Shown here: piece after piece, positions 22,014-31,493 of the stretch
Layout: the number at the start of each line of letters is the position of its first letter
How positions within the stretch are numbered: position 1 is the first letter of the stretch
Assembly: GCA_963716145.1 (NCBI GenBank)
Contig: OY970292.1
Location: 76,104-140,103 of the forward strand
DNA: 64,000 bases
Source: Candidatus Levyibacteriota bacterium
GTDB lineage: Bacteria > Patescibacteriota > Microgenomatia > Levybacterales > UBA12049
Direction: 5' to 3'
Made by a program: the position numbers and the translations under genes
Notes under the pieces: model-generated
Database searches by the model: none
What the model was told of the DNA's origin: nothing
What the model saw: only the letters and a program-made list of their open reading frames with translations

Positions 22014-23569
22014 AGAAGATAAGCAAAATGCACCACAAGATCAAAATTTTTCTTGAGAAACCAATTGCAATTTTTATCGCAACAGCAATGCTTTCCTTAG
22101 TGCCCACAATAGCCATCTTCTATAAGATAGCGACAGGAGATATCTCTTTTTGGTATGATCCCGCACGGGATTTGCTTTCATCTTTGGTAAATTTGCAAAA
22201 GCTCACCTTGATTGGTCCACCCTCAGGTATACCAGGAGTATTCTATGGTCCTTATTGGATTTGGCTTTTGAGTTTTGGGCAAATTTTTTCGCAAGACCCC
22301 CGAGTGATCACTTTTATTGTATTAACAATTCCCTATTTAATTATTTTCCCTTTTATTCTTACGCGTTTTTCTAAAATAATAAGCTGGCACACACTTGCTA
22401 TATTGTGGATCTTCTTTTTATTGACGTCTCAAAAGTATTTTACCGATCTTTGGAATCCTCATCCGGCTCTTCTTTTCATTCTGCTTAGCGTTTACTTGCT
22501 TTTTATCAAAACAAACGAGAGGTCTTTCAAAAATTTTCTAATCACTTTTTTTGCAGGAGCTGCAGCGGGTCTTGTTATGAACTTTCAACTATCTTTTGGA
22601 ATAGGAATGCTGTGCGGATTGAGTCTTTATTTAGTGGGAGAAAGTATAGTGTATTTTGTTACCGCCAAAAATAAGTTGGCGGTAATACTACAAGGAATAA
22701 GTACGATTGCCTGTTTTGTTCTTGGATGTTTAATATCTTTTACTCCTTTTTTAGTTTTTGAAGTCCGGCATCAATTTTTACAAACAAAAACACTTATCAA
22801 TGCATTTACTCATTTTGGTGCCGTTGTTGGGCTTACAGGCTTAACAAAACCTCAAGTACTACAAGTTTTTTTCAGCCAAATTAGCGAGATTTTACTGATG
22901 CCAATTGTTCCCGCCATGATATTTTTTATCATGATAATTCTCTTTTACGCCTATTCTTACCGAAAGAGAAGTGATCAGGCAAAAATTAAGGAAATAAAGT
23001 TGATAGCTATATTGGTCGCGATTACATCTGGGATTATGTATCTTTATCTTACTGCAAAAAATCCTATATGGGATTATCATTTTATCGGTTTTGAGCCACT
23101 CATTTTATTATTTCTGGGAATTTTTATTGATAAAACCAAAGTTCTAAAAATTATTATGACAGTATGGATTATAGTGTTAGTAGCTAACTATACTTTTGTT
23201 TTTATTAAAGGATTTGGACATGACCCAAAGCATATAGAAGGTAATCTAGCGGCAGAAGAAGTAGTAGTAAAAAGAATTCAACAAGTAAGTAATAATAAAG
23301 AGTACGCAGTTTTTGCATATAGCCCATCCATTTATATATATGAGTATTCTTATCTTTTTAAGTGGCTATATAAGAAGGATGTTTCATTTGATCCTGGCCA
23401 AGTTAAATCGGGTTCGTCTCTGGTGTATGTAATTATTCCTAACTCAGAAAAAAATATGTATAATAGCTATATTGAGTATAGAACACCGAGTAAGCAATAT
23501 AAAACAGCAAAAAGTTGGAAAATGAGTGATGGCACAATTATTGTCCAGCGTGTAAAAATAACCAAATGA
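22010..23569 (+). CDS. ArnT/GT39-like GT-C glycosyltransferase
   Basis: YDPARD, LTLIGP, GVFYGP, WNPH, FEVRHQF; paralog of 16302..17798. Confidence 0.75.
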   Translation: MKKISKMHHKIKIFLEKPIAIFIATAMLSLVPTIAIFYKIATGDISFWYDPARDLLSSLVNLQKLTLIGPPSGIPGVFYGPYWIWLLSFGQIFSQDPRVITFIVLTIPYLIIFPFILTRFSKIISWHTLAILWIFFLLTSQKYFTDLWNPHPALLFILLSVYLLFIKTNERSFKNFLITFFAGAAAGLVMNFQLSFGIGMLCGLSLYLVGESIVYFVTAKNKLAVILQGISTIACFVLGCLISFTPFLVFEVRHQFLQTKTLINAFTHFGAVVGLTGLTKPQVLQVFFSQISEILLMPIVPAMIFFIMIILFYAYSYRKRSDQAKIKEIKLIAILVAITSGIMYLYLTAKNPIWDYHFIGFEPLILLFLGIFIDKTKVLKIIMTVWIIVLVANYTFVFIKGFGHDPKHIEGNLAAEEVVVKRIQQVSNNKEYAVFAYSPSIYIYEYSYLFKWLYKKDVSFDPGQVKSGSSLVYVIIPNSEKNMYNSYIEYRTPSKQYKTAKSWKMSDGTIIVQRVKITK

Positions 23570-25188
23570 AACAGAAAAAAATTGATAAATTAAAATTCAA
23601 AGAAAATAGCAAAACTAAAGACAAACGCGAAAGTTTTTTACAAAAAGTTTTTAGACAGAAATTCCTCATAGCCATTCTATTAATTCTTTTCCTAGCCACC
23701 TTTCTCCGATTTTATAATTTTCAGGAGCGGTGGGGCATAGGGGATGACAGCACTCGTGATATTGCTATAGCTAGAGAAGCAATAGATCGTCATGAGCTAC
23801 CCATGATTGGTTCATTTAGTTCTGCGGGTCCTTTTGCCTTTGGGCCACTTTTCTATTGGGTTCTTATGGCAAGTTACGTCATATTTCCTTTTTGGTTTAC
23901 AGCACCAATAATATTGACTGTTTTGACTAGTATCGCAACAGTTGGAGTATTGATAGTCTGCGGTTATTTAATTGGTGGTAAAAGATTGGCAATACTTATG
24001 GGTGTACTTGCCACAACTGCTCCTCAGTTGGTTGCCCGTTCTATCGCTATTGGTCAGCATTCATATGTCGCTATTTCAACTGCTTGCCTCTTTCTGTTTT
24101 TTATTCTCTACTGGAAAAGGAAAAATTCAATATACGCTTTTCTGATGGGATTGGCACTTGGGTCAGCATTAAGTTTCCATTATCAGACAATTAATCTTTT
24201 AATTTTCTTTGCGGCAGTTTTCTTTATTCCAAAGGTAAGTCTGGTAAAAAGAATTGCTGGCCTTATCAGTATGGGCGCTGGCTTTCTTATCCCTTCACTC
24301 CCTCTTATCATTTGGGATAGCCAACAGCAGTGGGCGAATTTGCGAAACATTCTGGATTATTTATTGGTAGCACAATATCGTTTATATGTTCCCAACAGTT
24401 GGAAACTTTTCCTTTTCAAGTATCTTCCCTCATACTGGTCGTTTGTTGTCGGCGGTTACGCCACAAGCGCTTTATTTCTTATGATAGTGACGTTTATTGT
24501 GGTTGGTGTATCTGCTATCAAGAGAAAAATTTCAGGTATTATGCTGGCGTTTGGTATAATTTTTGCTATTTTGTTAATGGTTAATAAATTTTATAAAGGG
24601 GAGCGTTCAGAAGGCTATCTTATCTATCTATCACCGTTTATTATTCTTTTTACGGCATGGAGTATAGATATGCTACTTCAGGCAACAGGTAAAAAAATTT
24701 ATGTAAGACTAGGACAGCTTACCGGTGTAATTGTTCTTCTAATTATACTTATAGGAAATTTTTTGCAGATAAAACACTATGAAGAAAGTAAAAATATAAA
24801 ACATGAACTTGATACAACAATAAGCTTTCTTATCAAGAAATATCCGGACACAAAATTTGTTATATATGATTATCGAAATAGAGCAGGAGCAGTAAGTCAG
24901 CCTTTGGGTCTTTTTTTGAAATTGCAAGACAAGACAGATCCTAAGGGGATGCCAATAGGATTTAGCTGTGGAGGTGCGGATTGTCCGCAGAAGCTTCCTG
25001 TAATAGCTGCGCTTGCCAGTCGGCCTATTGTAGATATGCGTAGCGTTGTGGATCGTGATAAAAAGTCAGGTAATTGGGTGAAAGTAAATCAGGAAAATAT
25101 GTATGATGATCTGATTGGTTGGTCAAAAAAACATGAGTTAAAAGCTACATTTTCTCCCCAGGATTATATTTTACAGAAATTTAAGTAA
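23566..25188 (+). CDS. ArnT/GT39-like GT-C glycosyltransferase
   Basis: FLRFYN, DDSTRD, LPMIG..SS.G.F.FGP. Confidence 0.72.
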   Translation: MKQKKIDKLKFKENSKTKDKRESFLQKVFRQKFLIAILLILFLATFLRFYNFQERWGIGDDSTRDIAIAREAIDRHELPMIGSFSSAGPFAFGPLFYWVLMASYVIFPFWFTAPIILTVLTSIATVGVLIVCGYLIGGKRLAILMGVLATTAPQLVARSIAIGQHSYVAISTACLFLFFILYWKRKNSIYAFLMGLALGSALSFHYQTINLLIFFAAVFFIPKVSLVKRIAGLISMGAGFLIPSLPLIIWDSQQQWANLRNILDYLLVAQYRLYVPNSWKLFLFKYLPSYWSFVVGGYATSALFLMIVTFIVVGVSAIKRKISGIMLAFGIIFAILLMVNKFYKGERSEGYLIYLSPFIILFTAWSIDMLLQATGKKIYVRLGQLTGVIVLLIILIGNFLQIKHYEESKNIKHELDTTISFLIKKYPDTKFVIYDYRNRAGAVSQPLGLFLKLQDKTDPKGMPIGFSCGGADCPQKLPVIAALASRPIVDMRSVVDRDKKSGNWVKVNQENMYDDLIGWSKKHELKATFSPQDYILQKFK

Positions 25189-25239
25189 TTATCCGTATCA
25201 CAATCAATTCCGTATTTAGTTACAATGCTGAGGATATTT

Positions 25240-25248
25240 TGCTAGAAT
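25240..25248 (+). promoter_or_regulatory. Extended -10 (TGcTAGAAT), 6 nt before ATG 25255
   Basis: Direct motif match. Confidence 0.65.
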
Positions 25249-25254
25249 AAAGCT

Positions 25255-25800
25255 ATGAGAATCGGAATCGACATATCGCAAACAGCTTATGAGAACACAG
25301 GAGTTGCCAACTATACAAAAAGTTGGGTTGAGGGTTTGTTGAGAGTTGATCAAGAAAATGAGTATATTCTTTTTTTCTCATCTCTGAGAAAAAAAATTCC
25401 CTCATTTGCCAAAGATTTATCAAGGCAGAAAAACTCAAAAGTCAAAATAAAAACATTTAAATATCCCCCGACTCTTCTCGACATGTTCTGGAATAGGCTA
25501 CATATTATGCCAATTGAGGATTTGATAGGACAGGTTGATGTTTTCATCTCGTCCGATTGGACTCAGCCGCCGACAAAACGGGCAAAAAAGGTGACAATAC
25601 TTTATGACCTGATCGTTTATAGATATCCTGAAGAAACAGATATTAAAATTGTTCACACGCAAAGAAGAAGATTGAATTGGGTTAAAAAAGAATGTGATGT
25701 TATTTTTTGTATCTCTGAATCAACAAAACAAGATGCAAGGGACATACTGGCGATTGAAGAGAACCGTTTAAAAGTTGTTTATCCCGGAATTCAGCTATGA
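25255..25800 (+). CDS. GT4 N-terminal (acceptor) domain only
   Basis: MRIGID..TGV..Y, TILYDL, ISESTKQD; ends at VVYPG where the interdomain linker begins. Confidence 0.75.
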   Translation: MRIGIDISQTAYENTGVANYTKSWVEGLLRVDQENEYILFFSSLRKKIPSFAKDLSRQKNSKVKIKTFKYPPTLLDMFWNRLHIMPIEDLIGQVDVFISSDWTQPPTKRAKKVTILYDLIVYRYPEETDIKIVHTQRRRLNWVKKECDVIFCISESTKQDARDILAIEENRLKVVYPGIQL

Positions 25801-26945
25801 TTATTGGAATTGATGGTAATGAAGCAAACGTTAAAAAACGTGTAGGTATCAGTGAGTACGCGTTTGAGTTGTTGCGACAATTTTCAAAAATTAATTTTCA
25901 AAACTCAAAGTTCACAATTTATTTGAAGGATGATCCAGTCAGCGATATGCCCGCTGAAAGTGAGGGTTGGAAGTACAGAATTATTAAACCAGGCAAATTG
26001 TGGACTCAGTGGAGATTACCACTTGATTTGTATTTAAGAAAGAGCAGGCCTGATGTATTTTTCTCTCCCTCTCATTATGCTCCGCGTTTTTCTCCCGTCC
26101 CGACAGTTATTTCAATTATGGATTTATCCTATCTTTATTTTCCTGAAATGTTTAATAGGGCTGATTTATTACAACTTCGTAATTGGACAGCCTATTCAGT
26201 AAAAAATGCCAAAAAGATCCTGACAATCAGTAAATCGAGCAAAAATGATATAATTAATTCATACAAAGTACCTGCGGAGAGAATAATTGTAACTTATCCG
26301 GGCATAAAACAATCGGCGTCTCTCTCACAGCACATTTATGTTATGAATCAATTAAAAGCAAGATACAAAATTTCAGATAACTATATTTTATTTGTTGGGA
26401 CACTTCAGCCGAGGAAAAATATTGAAAGGTTGATTGAGGCATTTGCCCTGATGCTGAAAAATGCGGATCTAAACGCTGAAAAACGCCAAAATTTGCAATT
26501 GGTTATTGTAGGGAAGAAAGGATGGTTATATGAAAAAATTCTGGCAGCACCCAAAAAATTTGAAATAGAAGATAAGGTAAAATTTTTAGAAAACGTAAAC
26601 GACGACGAGCTTGCAATTTTTTATAAACATGCATTATGCTTTGTTTTGCCAAGCCTATATGAGGGGTTTGGGTTGCCTGTTCTAGAGGCAATGCAGGCAG
26701 GATGCCCGGTTATAACAAGTGATGTTTCAAGCCTCCCTGAAGCAGGAGGAGATGCATGTATTTATATAGATCCCGAAGACGCGGGCGACATTGCGGACAA
26801 AATATGGAAACTCATCACAACTGAGAAACTAAGACACGAATTGATAGAAAAAGGGAAAAAGCAGGTTAAGAAATTTAGCTGGGAAAAAACTGCTAGAGAA
26901 ACCTTATCTGTTTTGGAAGAAATTGCCCAAAATAAAAATATATGA
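25797..26945 (+). CDS. GT4 glycosyltransferase (MtfB-like)
   Basis: VGTLQPRKN, PSLYEGFGLPVLEAM. Confidence 0.9.
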   Translation: MIIGIDGNEANVKKRVGISEYAFELLRQFSKINFQNSKFTIYLKDDPVSDMPAESEGWKYRIIKPGKLWTQWRLPLDLYLRKSRPDVFFSPSHYAPRFSPVPTVISIMDLSYLYFPEMFNRADLLQLRNWTAYSVKNAKKILTISKSSKNDIINSYKVPAERIIVTYPGIKQSASLSQHIYVMNQLKARYKISDNYILFVGTLQPRKNIERLIEAFALMLKNADLNAEKRQNLQLVIVGKKGWLYEKILAAPKKFEIEDKVKFLENVNDDELAIFYKHALCFVLPSLYEGFGLPVLEAMQAGCPVITSDVSSLPEAGGDACIYIDPEDAGDIADKIWKLITTEKLRHELIEKGKKQVKKFSWEKTARETLSVLEEIAQNKNI

Positions 26946-27535
26946 GAGATAAAAGCGGTAAAGAATTATCAGCATCTGAAGTCTTATTTAAAGGTACGAG
27001 CCGGGTAAGTACTGTTCTTTTGGAATTTGAAGTCTTTTTGCTTCATATTATCGGCTTTGTTCCGTTTCACACTGTCAGAAGGTTTTTTTACAGAATTGCA
27101 GGAATGAAAATCGGTTCAGGTTCGGCAATTCACATGGGTGCGCGTTTTTATAATCCGGCAAATATTTCGATTGGAAAAGATTCAATAATTGGTGAGGGAG
27201 TTATTTTGGATGGAAGAAACACATTAACAATTGGCAATCATGTAGATTTAGCTACGGATGTTATGGTTTATAATGCCTGGCATGATGTCGAAGATCCTAA
27301 TTTCAGTGCACTAAATGAACCAGTAGAAATTAACGACTATGTCTTTATTGGACCAAGAGCGATTGTATTACCGGGAGTAAAAATAGGAAAGGGTGCAGTT
27401 GTAGCTGCAGGATCTGTTGTAACAAAAGATGTGAGTCAATACGAAATCGTAGGGGGAGTTCCTGCAAAACTAATTAAAGAAAGAGGTTTAAAGGAGTTGA
27501 GCTATAAGCTAGGTAGGGCTGCGTGGTTTAGGTAA
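26942..27535 (+). CDS. Left-handed beta-helix (hexapeptide) acyltransferase, probable sugar O-acetyltransferase
   Basis: Hexapeptide repeats; LPGVKIGKGAVVAAGSVVTKDV..GGVPA. Confidence 0.85.
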   Translation: MRDKSGKELSASEVLFKGTSRVSTVLLEFEVFLLHIIGFVPFHTVRRFFYRIAGMKIGSGSAIHMGARFYNPANISIGKDSIIGEGVILDGRNTLTIGNHVDLATDVMVYNAWHDVEDPNFSALNEPVEINDYVFIGPRAIVLPGVKIGKGAVVAAGSVVTKDVSQYEIVGGVPAKLIKERGLKELSYKLGRAAWFR

Positions 27536-27553
27536 ATTGATCCCGCAATTAAT

Positions 27554-28432
27554 ATGCAATTGTCTATTATCTTACTTAATTACAACAAGTCACATCTAAC
27601 CATAAATTGTTTAGAGTCGCTATACAACCAATATTGGAATGAATTTGAAAATGATATATTTGAAACAATAGTAGTTGATAACGCATCGGAAAAAAAAGAA
27701 TTACAGGTGCTTTTAGAAAAAATTAAAATGAATAAATATAAAAGTCTAAAACTTATTAAGAACAATGAAAATCTCGGGTTTAGTAAGGGCTGCAATCTGG
27801 GCGCAGAGAAAGCAATAGGAAAATATTTATTTTTTTTAAACAACGATACAATAGTTAGGGATAAAGGAATAGTCGGAATGATAGAATGTATGGAAAAAGA
27901 TACAGATGTATCAATTCTTGGCGGACAATTAAGAAATGTTGATGGAGAAAAGCAAGCATCAACGGGCAAATTTTACACGCTATTTAATACATTCTTGCTT
28001 TTAATAGGGATGCAGAAAATTGGGATTTTGGATAAAAGCCCCAAAAAAATTGCAGAAGTGGATTGGGTAAAGGGAGCACTCCTTATGGTAAGAAAAGATT
28101 TGTTTGGAAAGCTTTTAGGGTTTGATGAGAAAATTTTTATGTACATTGAGGATATGGAATTTTGCTACAGGGCTAAAAAACTTGGTTTTAAAACATATTT
28201 TTATCCTGATATTGCAGTCATGCATCAGGATCAGGGTAGCTCAAACCGTACTTTTGCGATTGTTCAAATTTACAAAGGACTTTTGTATTTTTACAAAAAG
28301 CACAGGAGCTATCCGGAATACATGATGGTTAAGTTAATGCTTTACACAAAAGCAGGTTTTGCTATTATAATAGGGTCTCTAACGGGAGATAAATACCTTA
28401 CATCAACTTTCAGAAAGGCAATTCAATTTTAA
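27554..28432 (+). CDS. GT2 glycosyltransferase (WbbL-like)
   Basis: VDNAS, NLGFSKGCN, LNND, FDEKIFMYIED. Confidence 0.85.
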   Translation: MQLSIILLNYNKSHLTINCLESLYNQYWNEFENDIFETIVVDNASEKKELQVLLEKIKMNKYKSLKLIKNNENLGFSKGCNLGAEKAIGKYLFFLNNDTIVRDKGIVGMIECMEKDTDVSILGGQLRNVDGEKQASTGKFYTLFNTFLLLIGMQKIGILDKSPKKIAEVDWVKGALLMVRKDLFGKLLGFDEKIFMYIEDMEFCYRAKKLGFKTYFYPDIAVMHQDQGSSNRTFAIVQIYKGLLYFYKKHRSYPEYMMVKLMLYTKAGFAIIIGSLTGDKYLTSTFRKAIQF

Positions 28433-28433
28433 T

Positions 28434-31400
28434 ATGAAGTTAGTCAAATGGTTAGGTCAAAATATTTTTCTTGTTTTTACATTATTTCTTCTCGCTTTCA
28501 TTCCCCTTTTCCCAAAAATTCCTTTACTTGGCGTAACTCATGTTAATGTTTACATTAGAGCTGAGGATTTTATAATTTTATTTTTCGTTTTGTTTTATTT
28601 GTTTCAGGTTGTACGGCGTAAACAAACTATAAGAACCCCGCTTACTATCGCAATTTTGGCCTTCTGGACTGCCGGATTTATATCCACACTTTTAGGAGTG
28701 CTTTTTATTTTTCCGTATCTTAAAGACCCCAACATTACGGGAGATCCGAGGATATATGCACGAAACGCTTTTCTTTTTTATGGAAGACACATTGAGTACA
28801 TGTCTTTGTTTTTTATCGCTTACGCAGGAATTAAAAATAAGAAAAGTATAAAATTTATAGCACCTGTAATTATTGGCGTATTTTTGGTTGCAGTATTGTA
28901 TGGTTATGGGCAGCGTTTTATACCTCAAAAATTTCCGGCATTTTCAACTATGAATGAGGAATTTGCCAAAGGAATTCCTCTTGTTCTTGACGCTGCAGGA
29001 AGGCTTCAGTCAACTTTTGCCGGACACTACGATTTTTCTGCTTACCTTGTGATGATGATTCCATTGGTTGGAAGCCTGATATTTGGTTATAAAAAATGGT
29101 TTGTCCGCCTAGGCCTCGTAACAATTGATTTACTCGCATTTGTTGCTCTTCTTATGACTCAGTCCAGAACATCCTTTTTGATGTATCTTTTGGCAGTTAT
29201 TTTTATGCTAATTCTTCAGAAGCAAAAGAAATGGATTATTCCAGTAATCATTGTCAGCTTCGTTCTTCTTAGAACATTTACGGGTCTTTACGCGCGGTAT
29301 TCAGCAACTTTTTCATCTGTGAACCGTATAGTTGACGCAAGAACGGGAAAGGTTGTGGGTTATGGTGATAGCGTAAACGGAAAGTTTGTTATCAATAATA
29401 TTCAACCCAGCGGTCACGATCTGTATGCCGGATCACTTTCAACAAGCGGTAAGAAAATCGGTAGTACAAAAGATATAACCATCAAGACCCAAAAGGGAAA
29501 CGCAAAGAACATTGATGTGCAAAATCTACAAGGAGATTTTATCATCCAAAAAGCAAGCGCGCTGGATGCGTCAATTACCACACGTCTTCAGGCGGAATGG
29601 CCCAACGCCATCAAGGCTTTCCAAAGAAATATCTTGTTTGGCAGCGGGTATTCATCAATCACTTTGGCTACGGACGGAAACTATTTTAGGTTCTTAGGGG
29701 AAACAGGGCTTTTAGGTTTTGGGATATTTGGTTTAATTTTTCTAATCTACGCAATTTATGCAGCAAAAATTATTCCATCGGTTGAAGATTCATTATCGCG
29801 AAGCCTTGTGATAGGAGTATCGGCCGGGATATTTGGTTTGGGGCTTAACGCAACACTTATTGATGTTTTTGAGGCTTCAAAAATTGCCTATGTACTTTGG
29901 TTACTTGTCGGGATATCAGTCGGGATTTTGGACCAGTATCGCAAAAAATCAATAAATATTCTTGAGGAGATAAAAAGTGCATTAACTTCAGTGCCGGCGA
30001 TAATAATTTATCTGATTTCAGCATCTCTTATTTTCTTCTGGAGAATGTTAAATAATTTTTTTGTGGCGGACGATTTTACATGGCTACGTTGGGTGGACTG
30101 TAGTTCTCTGATAGAAAAAGGAGTTACTAATTGCTCTTCTAAAATAAATGTATTAGCCAATTTCTTTACCAACTCAGGTGATTTTTTCTACCGACCCGGT
30201 ATGAAAGCCTATTTCTATTTTCTCTATAACAGCCAATTCGGGGGTACGAGTCCGGTTATTTATCATCTTTTTTCTCTAGGTCTGCATACAGCTTGTTCTA
30301 TGCTTGTTTTTTTAATCTCCAGAAGATTGTTAAAAGATAAGCTTTTTGCATTCTTGGCTGCACTCGTTTTCCTACTTCTCACATCTCACTCGGAAACAGT
30401 GTATTGGATTTCAGCAGTAGGTCATTTATTTGCATCATTTTTCACGCTCCTTGCAGTGTGGTTTTATATGAAATGGGTAGCGAGCAGAAAAATCTTTTAT
30501 CTTATTCTTTCAATAATCTTTACTTTTTTTGCTCCTTTATTTCACGAGTATGGCGTAATAGCACCTGTGCTGGTAGTGTTATATGGGATAATTTCCTCAA
30601 AGTACGTTGAGAAAAAAGAGAAATCTGGTCTTAAACATTACATTTTTTATGCTCTGCCCATTTTAGTTTATTTTTTCTTAAAAATTACTTCTCACAGTTT
30701 TTGGTCGGCAGGTGATTACCGTTATAATCTTTTCAAATTACCCTTCAACATCTTCGGAAATTTGGTTGGTTTTGCAGGTTTTGTGTTTACAGGCAACCCA
30801 TTTATCGCTTGGTACCAGATTATAAGGGACAATGCCAAAAATAATTTATTTATTGCTGCTATCTGCATGGCAGTTGTTGTTGCGCTCGCAGTATTTACAT
30901 ACAAGAAAATAAATAAAGGATTTAAAAAATCTGATAAAGAGATAATACTAATTAGTATTGTTCTTTTTGTCACTCCGCTTTTGCCCTTTCTTCCGCTTGG
31001 AAATATAGCTCCTAGATACGCGTATCTCGCGTCATTTGGAGCAATATTATTCATGATCTTCATATTGCAGAAAATATATTATTATTTATACTCCTCCAAT
31101 AAATATTTCGCCTGGCTTGCGATTCTATTAATACCAGCTATTTTTATTGTGATTCAGGTGTCCCAGCTGCAAAAAGAAAACAAGGATTGGCAGTATGCAG
31201 GCGCAATAACTAATAGCTTTATGCAATATATGGATAATGGTTACGATTACTTAAGATTGGGAGAAATTAAAAAGCCTGTATTTTATTTTGTGAATGTACC
31301 GCAGCGTTATAAATCAGCTTGGGTTTTTCCTGTTGGGATTAACGACGCTATGTGGTTCCGCTATAAAGACAGTGATTATATTACCTATACACCACAATCG

Positions 31401-31493
31401 CTTGATGAAGCACGTTTATTAGCCTCGGGTCACCGTAATGCTCGAATATTTATTTTTGACGAAGTTGGGAATATCCGCATAATCAAGAAATGA
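28434..31493 (+). CDS. Fusion: O-antigen ligase/Wzy_C-like domain plus C-terminal GT-C domain (1019 aa)
   Basis: N-half has RLQSTF, TQSRTS, R...W..AI..F..N.LFG.G and LGETGLLG. C-half has FFVADDF, FYRP and HE, resembling 3800..5266. Confidence 0.75.
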   Translation: MKLVKWLGQNIFLVFTLFLLAFIPLFPKIPLLGVTHVNVYIRAEDFIILFFVLFYLFQVVRRKQTIRTPLTIAILAFWTAGFISTLLGVLFIFPYLKDPNITGDPRIYARNAFLFYGRHIEYMSLFFIAYAGIKNKKSIKFIAPVIIGVFLVAVLYGYGQRFIPQKFPAFSTMNEEFAKGIPLVLDAAGRLQSTFAGHYDFSAYLVMMIPLVGSLIFGYKKWFVRLGLVTIDLLAFVALLMTQSRTSFLMYLLAVIFMLILQKQKKWIIPVIIVSFVLLRTFTGLYARYSATFSSVNRIVDARTGKVVGYGDSVNGKFVINNIQPSGHDLYAGSLSTSGKKIGSTKDITIKTQKGNAKNIDVQNLQGDFIIQKASALDASITTRLQAEWPNAIKAFQRNILFGSGYSSITLATDGNYFRFLGETGLLGFGIFGLIFLIYAIYAAKIIPSVEDSLSRSLVIGVSAGIFGLGLNATLIDVFEASKIAYVLWLLVGISVGILDQYRKKSINILEEIKSALTSVPAIIIYLISASLIFFWRMLNNFFVADDFTWLRWVDCSSLIEKGVTNCSSKINVLANFFTNSGDFFYRPGMKAYFYFLYNSQFGGTSPVIYHLFSLGLHTACSMLVFLISRRLLKDKLFAFLAALVFLLLTSHSETVYWISAVGHLFASFFTLLAVWFYMKWVASRKIFYLILSIIFTFFAPLFHEYGVIAPVLVVLYGIISSKYVEKKEKSGLKHYIFYALPILVYFFLKITSHSFWSAGDYRYNLFKLPFNIFGNLVGFAGFVFTGNPFIAWYQIIRDNAKNNLFIAAICMAVVVALAVFTYKKINKGFKKSDKEIILISIVLFVTPLLPFLPLGNIAPRYAYLASFGAILFMIFILQKIYYYLYSSNKYFAWLAILLIPAIFIVIQVSQLQKENKDWQYAGAITNSFMQYMDNGYDYLRLGEIKKPVFYFVNVPQRYKSAWVFPVGINDAMWFRYKDSDYITYTPQSLDEARLLASGHRNARIFIFDEVGNIRIIKK

